NCBI GenBank assembly: GCA_964348455.1
Contig: CAYGCQ010000005.1
Location: 1 to 60,648, forward strand
Direction: 5' to 3'
DNA: 60,648 nt
From: an uncultured Pseudomonadales bacterium
Lineage (GTDB): Bacteria > Patescibacteriota > Microgenomatia > UBA1400 > MFAQ01
Shown: piece by piece, positions 27,809-35,312 of the stretch
Position numbering within the stretch: position 1 is the first letter of the stretch
Layout of the letters: every line of letters begins with the position of its first letter
Program-made: the position numbers and the translations under genes
Notes under the pieces: generated by a model
The model's input: only the letters and a program-made list of their open reading frames with translations
Database searches by the model: none
What the model was told of the DNA's origin: nothing

Positions 27809-27837
27809 ATAATACCCCATAACACAGAATTTGTCAA
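27809..27837 (-). promoter_or_regulatory. promoter of large RNA 3
   Basis: Minus strand reads TTGACA, 17-nt spacer, TATTAT. Confidence 0.75.
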
Positions 27838-27852
27838 GACCTAGTTTTAGCC

Positions 27853-29385
27853 TTACTTCAACAAGTACGGCAATATCTCGCCTGCTACAGGAGCAGCCAC
27901 TGCACTCCCCTGTCCTCCCTGCTCTATAAGCACTGTTATCACAATCCACTCCTTCACATCAGCTCCCTTCGGCACCACCACTGTCATCCAGGCATTGGGT
28001 AAAGTATCCTTTGCTCCAACCTGGGCCGTTCCGGTTTTACAGTATATTTTTCCTGCATACCCAAACAAAGGAAAAGCAGTCCCACCCGGACTACAAGCTC
28101 CAGCCATACCCTCAAGCACGGTCGCAACATTCTTAGGATTAAACTTCTGATCACCACAAGACACACTCCCTACAATCATCGGATCACAGCTTAAACCACT
28201 CACCGCTTCCGAGGTCATTCGATTTATCTGAATAGGAGTAGTCATAAGGTCCCCTTGACCAATTGAAAGATGATACGTATTACCCAAGAACCACCTCTCC
28301 CCCAAGGTCTTCTCTCTCCAGTAAGGTGTCGGCACAAATCCATCTGACTCACCAGGTAAATCAATCCCGGTCTTTTCGCCCAACCCAAATCTTTTTGTCC
28401 AGGATATCAGTGAATCTGCCCCCAAAGCTTCACCAATTTTATAAAAGAAAATATCGTTACTCCTAGACAAAGCACTTACAACATTAACCATTCCCTCTGT
28501 TCTGCTATATTGATCAAAATACCAGTTACCAAAGCGATACTCCCCTATCTTCAACTCTCCCGTATCTTGAATCTCCGTATTTTTATTAATTTTCCCCTCT
28601 TCCAATGCACCCATCGCAGGAACCAACTTATAAACCGACCCCGGCGCAAAATCTCCAGAAATAGCCCGGTTAAAAAGGGGCTTGCCATTTTCATCAATTA
28701 ACAAACTTTCAATATCTTTGTAGTCTCCACCAAAATCACTTCGCTTACCATTAGCGATAAATAAATTTGGGTCAAAGGAAGGTACACTGGCCAATGCCAA
28801 TACTTCACCATTTACTTTCGCAACTACAATAGCTCCACTTTTGCCTTCCTCCAAGTATTTACTTTTAAGTGCCATGTATGCTTCTTTCTGAAGTTCTAAA
28901 TCAATGTTCGTTTTCAAATTTTTACCAGGTACAGACTCCGTCTGAGTAATTATTTTCCTGGTCTTACCATCAGCAGTTTCCTGAACAACAGCTTCGCCCG
29001 GAAAGCCTACTAAATCATTTTGGTAACTCTTTTCTAAGCCCGCTTTCCCAAGTGTCATGATCGGATTACATCGGGAACAATCTTTTAAATCTTTTTCATT
29101 TGGTTTACCCAGATAACCGACTATAGGTGAAATTGTTTCACCACCCGGGTAAAACCGAATCGTCCTACCCAGATAATCGATGTTCATGGCTAAAGGCTTA
29201 CCATATCTATCGGTAATCACGCCACGAATAGGATCTAACTTTTCTTTCCTAATCATGTTGCCCTGAGCCAAATCCCCAAAATGATCCCCCATGACAGTAG
29301 TCAAGAAAAAAACCCTGGAAAAAACCATGGCCATTACGAGGACCAAGATCATCTTCGACCATGTGTACATTTCACCTTTCCTCAT
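27853..29385 (-). CDS. mrdA: penicillin-binding protein 2 (elongation transpeptidase)
   Basis: Transpeptidase motifs SVYK (SxxK), SRSN (SxN) and KTGTA (KTG). mre gene neighbourhood. Confidence 0.85.
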   Translation of the reverse strand: MRKGEMYTWSKMILVLVMAMVFSRVFFLTTVMGDHFGDLAQGNMIRKEKLDPIRGVITDRYGKPLAMNIDYLGRTIRFYPGGETISPIVGYLGKPNEKDLKDCSRCNPIMTLGKAGLEKSYQNDLVGFPGEAVVQETADGKTRKIITQTESVPGKNLKTNIDLELQKEAYMALKSKYLEEGKSGAIVVAKVNGEVLALASVPSFDPNLFIANGKRSDFGGDYKDIESLLIDENGKPLFNRAISGDFAPGSVYKLVPAMGALEEGKINKNTEIQDTGELKIGEYRFGNWYFDQYSRTEGMVNVVSALSRSNDIFFYKIGEALGADSLISWTKRFGLGEKTGIDLPGESDGFVPTPYWREKTLGERWFLGNTYHLSIGQGDLMTTPIQINRMTSEAVSGLSCDPMIVGSVSCGDQKFNPKNVATVLEGMAGACSPGGTAFPLFGYAGKIYCKTGTAQVGAKDTLPNAWMTVVVPKGADVKEWIVITVLIEQGGQGSAVAAPVAGEILPYLLK

Positions 29386-29409
29386 TTTTTCTTCATTCAG
29401 CTTTCACTA

Positions 29410-29494
29410 GTCATTCCTGGCTTGACCAGGAATCCATCAAATAAACACTACATTCAGTACTTACTGAATGGATCCCTGCCTTCGCAGGGATGAC
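29410..29494. repeat. family A MITE-like palindromic element, full intergenic copy
   Basis: gtcattcctgg .. cagggatgac terminal inverted repeats plus an internal palindrome cattcagtacttactgaatg. Confidence 0.8.
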
Positions 29495-29512
29495 AAGATG
29501 TGACACTGATAC

Positions 29513-29935
29513 TTAATAATTTAGTTTAATTGTTTCAGATTTTTCGAACCATCTTTCCGCTACACTCCATGACAGGATAACACCAAGAAACTCCCACCAA
29601 CTCCAGTTTAATCCAAACACTTTATCAAAAACAAAGTTGGCTAAAAGTGAAATGACCAGCATCACCCAACCGGTTTCCTTTCTCGAACTAAAAACGAAAG
29701 ACAATCCACCCGTTACAATCACCAAGAACAAAGCCGGAGGCCCTACAGGTATTCTGTAAATAGACGCTATCAGTAAACCAATTACAAAAGAAAGCCAGTA
29801 AATCCACCTCAGATCCAAAAGTATTAACAAAAACGGCCAGAAAATTCCAAGGCCCAAAACTCCCTCTCCGACAATCACAGAAACCAGTACTGCAACAACA
29901 GCTTTTATGATATTTTTCGATTGTTTATCAATCAT
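29513..29935 (-). CDS. small polytopic membrane protein, possible MreD
   Basis: 140 aa with 4-5 TM helices, positioned directly upstream of mrdA. Assignment by context only. Confidence 0.4.
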   Translation of the reverse strand: MIDKQSKNIIKAVVAVLVSVIVGEGVLGLGIFWPFLLILLDLRWIYWLSFVIGLLIASIYRIPVGPPALFLVIVTGGLSFVFSSRKETGWVMLVISLLANFVFDKVFGLNWSWWEFLGVILSWSVAERWFEKSETIKLNY

Positions 29936-30055
29936 AATAAGTAATATACAATCGTGATTATAAGAGGAAGCGCAGTCCGAAAGGACGAGAAAGCGACACC
30001 ATGTAGTGGATAGTGCCCTTGTGGTACTCTAATAATCTTTGATTGTCGGTCTAAC

Positions 30056-30826
30056 ATGAATACTTCAATAAAAATAAATCTAATTCTTCTTCCCTTACTG
30101 CTCTCGATTCTATTGTCTACGGCAGGAAAACTCAAGGCGGGAAAAAATATAGATAAATTATTTAATATTTTCTTCGCTCCTATTACCATTCCGGCTTCAC
30201 AGGCGCGCCTAATCGTCGAAAATAAATTTACCGAGATAAAAAATATTTCCGGACTCGAGAAGCTAAGTCACGATCAAAAAAATCAGATCGCTTCTTTGCT
30301 ATCGGAAAATGAGTATCTCAAACAAACTCTGCTGGATAAAAAGATTACCGAAAATCTGAAGAACTCTTTCAAAGAAATCATTCCTGTCCGATTATCCGGT
30401 TCTTCAGGAAAATTTATAGTCTCCTCGACGGCCTCGCTTGAAAATGTCAAACCAGGTCAACCACTCGTATCAGGCAACGTCTTACTCGGAACTGTTCTGG
30501 AAGTAAAAGGAACTGCCATTACCATCACCCCACTCGAGAGTGAAAAATCTCCATCGTTTCCTATCCGTACAGCTTCCGGTCAAAAAGGTTTTTATCACTA
30601 TGAAAGCAATCAGCCACTCATCAGTGACATTCCCAGTCAAAACCCAATTGTACTAGGTGACTTTATCTTTACCGAGCCGGGAGAGCTGTTTCCGGGTAAT
30701 CTTATAATCGGAAAAATTACTCGACTACTTACTATCAGTCAAGAGCCTCTCCAAAAAGCTGAGATTACTCTCTACGACTCACTAAATGGCAATCCCGACA
30801 ATCTCGCCATCATCACCTCCCCCTAG
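30056..30826 (+). CDS. mreC: rod shape-determining protein MreC-like
   Basis: N-terminal TM helix, coiled-coil segment (..ASLLSENEYLKQTL..), then beta-rich domain with G..V.G.VL.GTV..V-type strands. On the opposite strand to mreB/mrdA. Confidence 0.6.
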   Translation: MNTSIKINLILLPLLLSILLSTAGKLKAGKNIDKLFNIFFAPITIPASQARLIVENKFTEIKNISGLEKLSHDQKNQIASLLSENEYLKQTLLDKKITENLKNSFKEIIPVRLSGSSGKFIVSSTASLENVKPGQPLVSGNVLLGTVLEVKGTAITITPLESEKSPSFPIRTASGQKGFYHYESNQPLISDIPSQNPIVLGDFIFTEPGELFPGNLIIGKITRLLTISQEPLQKAEITLYDSLNGNPDNLAIITSP

Positions 30827-30882
30827 TTTTTCGCAAAAAAATCCCCCTCGAAAATTCGAGAGGGACAGCAATGATTTCAGAA

Positions 30883-31245
30883 CTATTGACCGAGCGGAGT
30901 CGCCTTCAAAATATTCCGGCTTTGTGATAACAAACCGAAGCGGAACCAGTTCACTTTGAAGTGATAGGTAGCTCCTTCATCGAGTGCGAAATAGTTCCGT
31001 GAATTGAACTTAAGAAACCATAAACTGTCAGCGTTATCAAACGTTTCATTTTCGCCAGTCTCCAGGTTCTTCACAACCACCATCGTGTCGTGGTTGAACT
31101 CGGGGACGTATCTGACCAATTGACCATCAAATTCTGTGACAGTCGCATAGTTGATAACTGGGTTAGCTATCACCAAAATCACGATAACAGCTAGGATTAT
31201 AAAGTACAAATTTTCAGCCAAAAAATTCAACAAACGGTATCCCAA
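30883..31245 (-). CDS. hypothetical membrane-anchored protein
   Basis: 120-aa ORF with an N-terminal TM helix, between mreB and mreC. Confidence 0.55.
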   Translation of the reverse strand: MGYRLLNFLAENLYFIILAVIVILVIANPVINYATVTEFDGQLVRYVPEFNHDTMVVVKNLETGENETFDNADSLWFLKFNSRNYFALDEGATYHFKVNWFRFGLLSQSRNILKATPLGQ

Positions 31246-31315
31246 GAAGCACCTCTTTCTAGATTGGATTAAAGTACATCATTATTATACCTTATAACAG
31301 CAAATATGACAAAAA

Positions 31316-32380
31316 CTACCTCAGTCCACCCACCACTTTTACTTTTCCTAGGAGCTTATCACTCTCCAACACCTTGGCACAGCCTCGAACTACCGCTTCG
31401 AGAGGTGTATCCGTCACCCACACCGGCATACCTATCTGTTCACTAATTAGTTTATCTATCCCTCGTATGAGCGAACCTCCGCCGGCCATGACCATTCCTT
31501 TTTCCAGAATATCAGCCACCAAATCAGGAGGCGTCTCCTCAATTATCAACGCAATTTCGCCCAATATCTGATTCACGATCGGCATCAAAGACTCACGAAT
31601 CTCAACACTATCCAACTTCAACGACTTCGGCAGACCGTCTTCCAAGCTACGACCTCGAACCACGATCTGCAACGGATTTCCTTCTTTTTCCCTTTTCATC
31701 GGATAAGCAGATCCTACTGCAATCTTTACCTCTTCGGCTGTACTTTCACCCAACAAAAGGTTGTACTTTAATCGAACAAAATTTTGTATCGATTCCGTCA
31801 ATTCATCCCCTGCCACCCGCAAACTTCGATTCAGGACTAAACCTCCTAAAGAGATAACACCTATCTCACTTGTCCCTCCCCCAATGTCACAGATTAGCTG
31901 ACCTTCAGCTTTCTCTACCGGCAGACCACTCCCAATCGCGGCTGCCATAGGCTCCTCAACAAGGAACACGGCTCTAGCTCCTGCCTCCAAAGCAGCTTCT
32001 TGCACAGCCCTTCTCTCTACCTCAGTCACACCACTTGGAATGCCGATAGCCACTCTCGGTCTGGGAATTTTGAAGCCAAGACCTTTGTATAGCTCATGGA
32101 CTTCCACAATATAGTGCTTCAGCATAGCCTCGGCAGCATCAAAATCGGCGATTACACCATCTCTTAGGGGTCTCACTACCTCGATATTGGCCGGATTCTT
32201 TCCAAGCATTTTCTTTGCCTCATCCCCCATCGCCAGGATCACTTTTGTCTTCATATTCCTCGCAACCACCGAAGGCTGTCGAATAACAACCCCTTTGCCT
32301 CGAACATGTACCACTACGTTAGCCGTGCCTAGATCTATGCCTACATCGAGCGTCGCGAGCCTCCAAAGTTTTTCAAACAT
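31316..32380 (-). CDS. mreB: rod shape-determining protein MreB
   Basis: Actin-fold motifs DLGTANV, ICDIGGGTSE and MAGGGSL. Confidence 0.95.
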   Translation of the reverse strand: MFEKLWRLATLDVGIDLGTANVVVHVRGKGVVIRQPSVVARNMKTKVILAMGDEAKKMLGKNPANIEVVRPLRDGVIADFDAAEAMLKHYIVEVHELYKGLGFKIPRPRVAIGIPSGVTEVERRAVQEAALEAGARAVFLVEEPMAAAIGSGLPVEKAEGQLICDIGGGTSEIGVISLGGLVLNRSLRVAGDELTESIQNFVRLKYNLLLGESTAEEVKIAVGSAYPMKREKEGNPLQIVVRGRSLEDGLPKSLKLDSVEIRESLMPIVNQILGEIALIIEETPPDLVADILEKGMVMAGGGSLIRGIDKLISEQIGMPVWVTDTPLEAVVRGCAKVLESDKLLGKVKVVGGLR

Positions 32381-32451
32381 GATAATTTAAAGTAGTCATA
32401 ATGCCCCTAAATAATATCAAAGTATAACGACTTATGCGAGACACAAAAGCC

Positions 32452-32480
32452 TTGACAATATAAATTCATTTTCGTATAAT
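32452..32480 (+). promoter_or_regulatory. perfect consensus sigma70 promoter for tRNA-Thr
   Basis: TTGACA (32452-57), 17-nt spacer, TATAAT (32475-80), 18 nt upstream of the tRNA 5' end. Confidence 0.85.
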
Positions 32481-32498
32481 CACCAAGTAATTTAAAAC

Positions 32499-32570
32499 GC
32501 GTCCATAGCTCAGTGGCAGAGCACTCGCTTTGTAAGTGAGTTGTCAGGGGTTCGATTCCCTTTGGACGCT
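32499..32570 (+). tRNA. tRNA-Thr (anticodon UGU), CCA not encoded
   Basis: Manual cloverleaf: acceptor GCGTCCA/TGGACGC, D arm GCTC..GAGC, anticodon stem CTCGC/GTGAG with loop TTTGTAA, T arm AGGGG-TTCGATT-CCCTT. Confidence 0.85.
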
Positions 32571-32663
32571 CTCCCCGTTCAGTCAGCGCTGTTGACCCTT
32601 CCTCAAATATCAGGAATGTGGAGACAACTATTGCTTGCTGAACGGGTTTATTTCCAATACATA

Positions 32664-32691
32664 ATCCTCCGATATCTTCGGAGGATTTTTT
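32664..32691 (+). terminator. intrinsic terminator ending the tRNA-Thr transcript
   Basis: atcctccg-atatct-tcggaggat hairpin followed by T6. Confidence 0.8.
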
Positions 32692-32784
32692 ATGACCAAA
32701 AAAGATGTTTTGTGCTATCATCGAGCAAGTTAAATGACTTGAAACAGTTAGCTCGCTGAAAATATTTCCAAGGAGGTCGTGTAA

Positions 32785-33231
32785 ATGTCGACAAAACACC
32801 AAGAATCTCCCGGCGTACTTGCAGCCCTATACCAACTAGCCCAAAATAAAACTCTCAAAGCTCGTGGTAAAAAATCCGATTTTCGCAGCTCGGGAAGTAT
32901 TCAACTCTGGGCAAATGTTACTCGGCCTCTAAGCTCTATCGCTATTGTTTATACAGCGGGAACCAAAATTGTATTCGGAGTACTCCAAGCCCCACTTGAA
33001 GATGTAGGCCCCGAAAACGCAATTGCAGAAGGAATGACAGATTTAGGAAACAGTTTTTATGCCGACCCAGCGAAATCAATTTGGGCCGCCGCCTATATCC
33101 TCGCCAAGGACCTGGGAAAAGCCTACGACCCAACCAATACATTTACTCTCGAAGAGGGATTGGCGGCCTGGAAGTTCAAACAGGCTCAGTACAAGTACTA
33201 CACACCTCTTCTGGAGATTCAGCTTCCATAA
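32785..33231 (+). CDS. hypothetical protein
   Basis: 148-aa ORF with AAGGAGG 8 nt upstream of the ATG. Confidence 0.65.
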   Translation: MSTKHQESPGVLAALYQLAQNKTLKARGKKSDFRSSGSIQLWANVTRPLSSIAIVYTAGTKIVFGVLQAPLEDVGPENAIAEGMTDLGNSFYADPAKSIWAAAYILAKDLGKAYDPTNTFTLEEGLAAWKFKQAQYKYYTPLLEIQLP

Positions 33232-33300
33232 CTCACCAACCAGCCTCGCTTTAAATTGCGAGGCTTTTATTTTGGCGAGATTGCATAGTACAATTCACTC

Positions 33301-35289
33301 ATGCCGAGTGTGGAGCAGACAAATGATTATGAATCGCTAGAAAGAGCGCGAATAACTCAAGAAATAATTGATGATTCTTTTCCTACGACAATAAAAGACA
33401 AAATAATCAAAGAAAAACTAAGCAACACTATAATCGTCAAATCAATTGATGGCATTCTTGATGCAAAAATTGAGCTTACACCCAAAAACTTTCTGGGCAA
33501 AGGCCTATCAGGACTAGTGATGATTGGGAAAACAGAAAAGGGTCCAACTGCCTTCAAAATGTTTACTTCAAAAGATTCGGTCAGCAATGACTCCACGCAA
33601 ACAGAATACGACTCGGAAGTGGATATATTAAAAGGATTGGACCATCCAAACCTCGCATCCTTCTACGGAACAGCAGACGTTGAACTTACAAAAAGCTCTG
33701 TAATCAAAGTGATAGCAAGGGAATTAATTCCCATAGAATTTCGACGACTAAAGCTCAATGAAGCAGTCCAGATGTCCGAAGAAATTGCCAGTGTTCTTGA
33801 TTACATTAACGAGAAAAAAGGTGCAATTCTACCAGACTTAACTCCGGAAGGTATTCGTCAGAGAACTAACGGCTCCTGGGTCCTACTAGATGTCGGTCAT
33901 TCGGCAAAACCAAGTGAAGATCAGTCAAGAATAATTCAAATTGACGATATATATACCGCCCCTGAAGTTAAATTTGCAAAAGACGAAGATAGAAACAAGG
34001 CTGCCACTCCAGCCTCCGAGGTATTTAGCCTGGCACTGATTGTCTGGAAAGGCTTATCTGGGTCAGACTATGACCGTATTAACCCGGAGCAGATCTTTGA
34101 TGAAAAAATAGGTGAGTTCTCTCCACTTATTATCGATGTTCTCAAAAAAGCAACTTCTCGTGAGCCAGGCGATAGATATCAAACACCAACTGAATTTGCC
34201 GAAGCCCTAAGAAATGCAACAGCTGAACTAACAGCACCAGAACAGAAAGCAGAAGATCCCATTAGAGATCCTCGAGAATCTGGCGAATCTATCATCAGCC
34301 CAAAACTTAAAGATTTCTCCGGGAAATCTGTAGAAGAAGTTAGGAAGAGGGTAAAAAATATTTTGCCATATGTTATAGATATGACAGTTTTCCATGACCT
34401 CTCACCAACAGATGAAAGGAAAGGGCTAATCCCAACAGGCTCCATTGCTGAAATAGACACACTAGAACACAAGGATTGGTTGAAATTGCTAGGAGGCTCA
34501 GACATGGGATGTGGTATAGAGTTTGCAGCTCTCGAATCAACTATCAACATCGAAGATGCTCAAAATAAGTTAGATCAAATTAGCGACAAAGTCTCCAGTG
34601 GAGAACTGTCTCTTGGTGGAGGAAATCATTTTATCGATATCATGGAAGATTCCAACGGCAAATACTACGTCGCCATCCATACCGGTGCCCCTCGAGATGA
34701 ACAAGAAGAACTCAACCAAATCGTCGAACAAGCAAAGGAAGATGGGAATTGGGAAGAAGCTACAATAAAATACTTAGCAAAATATGATGAAATTATTAAG
34801 TCAGCAAATGATAACAGAGAAAAAATTCTCGCCGCAATTACTGAGGTTTATGGCAAATGTGACACGCTGTACCATGAACCACACAACACTATAGATATAA
34901 ATAAAGAAAAAAATACAGTCACTATTTATAAAGGAGCTGTCCACGTTACAGACACCAGAAAAAAACAGTTCATGCCAAGTTCCATGAACGAAGGTGCAGT
35001 CTTTTTTATACCTGGCCCAACCGTAGGCGAAAAAACACATTTTGGGGTTCCCCATGGCACAGGCAAGGCTCGATCAACCGGCGAACAAAGAGCGGATCCA
35101 AACCTTGATATTCATCCAAATATTATGCTTCCCACTTCAGCTGGTGGGGTAGTTTCAAGAGGTGTAGCTGAAGGTGCTTACAACACTTATGCCAAAGCCG
35201 AAGAAATCATGCTGAACTGTGGTATTGCAAGATATGAATCTGAAGAAGATATAGAAATATTCAAAACTGTTGCTCACATTAGAAGGTAA
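33301..35289 (+). CDS. fusion protein: N-terminal protein kinase-like domain plus C-terminal RtcB-like RNA ligase domain
   Basis: Kinase-like: GKGLSGLV (G-loop), AFKMF (Lys), ILPDLTPEGI (HRDLKPEN-like, Asp kept), LLDVGHS (DFG-like), TAPE. RtcB-like: GSDMGCGIEF, GGGNHFIDI, AIHTGAPRD, HNTI and VPHGTGKAR (HGAGR-like). Confidence 0.7.
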   Translation: MPSVEQTNDYESLERARITQEIIDDSFPTTIKDKIIKEKLSNTIIVKSIDGILDAKIELTPKNFLGKGLSGLVMIGKTEKGPTAFKMFTSKDSVSNDSTQTEYDSEVDILKGLDHPNLASFYGTADVELTKSSVIKVIARELIPIEFRRLKLNEAVQMSEEIASVLDYINEKKGAILPDLTPEGIRQRTNGSWVLLDVGHSAKPSEDQSRIIQIDDIYTAPEVKFAKDEDRNKAATPASEVFSLALIVWKGLSGSDYDRINPEQIFDEKIGEFSPLIIDVLKKATSREPGDRYQTPTEFAEALRNATAELTAPEQKAEDPIRDPRESGESIISPKLKDFSGKSVEEVRKRVKNILPYVIDMTVFHDLSPTDERKGLIPTGSIAEIDTLEHKDWLKLLGGSDMGCGIEFAALESTINIEDAQNKLDQISDKVSSGELSLGGGNHFIDIMEDSNGKYYVAIHTGAPRDEQEELNQIVEQAKEDGNWEEATIKYLAKYDEIIKSANDNREKILAAITEVYGKCDTLYHEPHNTIDINKEKNTVTIYKGAVHVTDTRKKQFMPSSMNEGAVFFIPGPTVGEKTHFGVPHGTGKARSTGEQRADPNLDIHPNIMLPTSAGGVVSRGVAEGAYNTYAKAEEIMLNCGIARYESEEDIEIFKTVAHIRR

Positions 35290-35312
35290 GGTTTCTCTGC
35301 TAAACTATACCC

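Noticed and set aside
26043-27949. Tracked ORFs inside the RNA locus (26043..26231 +, 26174..26359 -, 26926..27129 -, 27761..27949 -)
   Set aside because: They are short, lack RBSs, overlap one another, and have Arg/Gly/Pro-rich composition typical of random frames in G+C-rich structured RNA. They also cut across the promoter and terminator boundaries of the three RNA units.
29932-30189. ORF 29932..30189 (-) of 85 aa upstream of the mreD-like gene
   Set aside because: It overlaps the start of the better-supported plus-strand MreC-like gene and has no RBS.
32407-32802. ORF 32407..32802 (-) of 131 aa
   Set aside because: It spans the tRNA-Thr gene, its consensus promoter and its terminator on the opposite strand, so it is not credible as a CDS.
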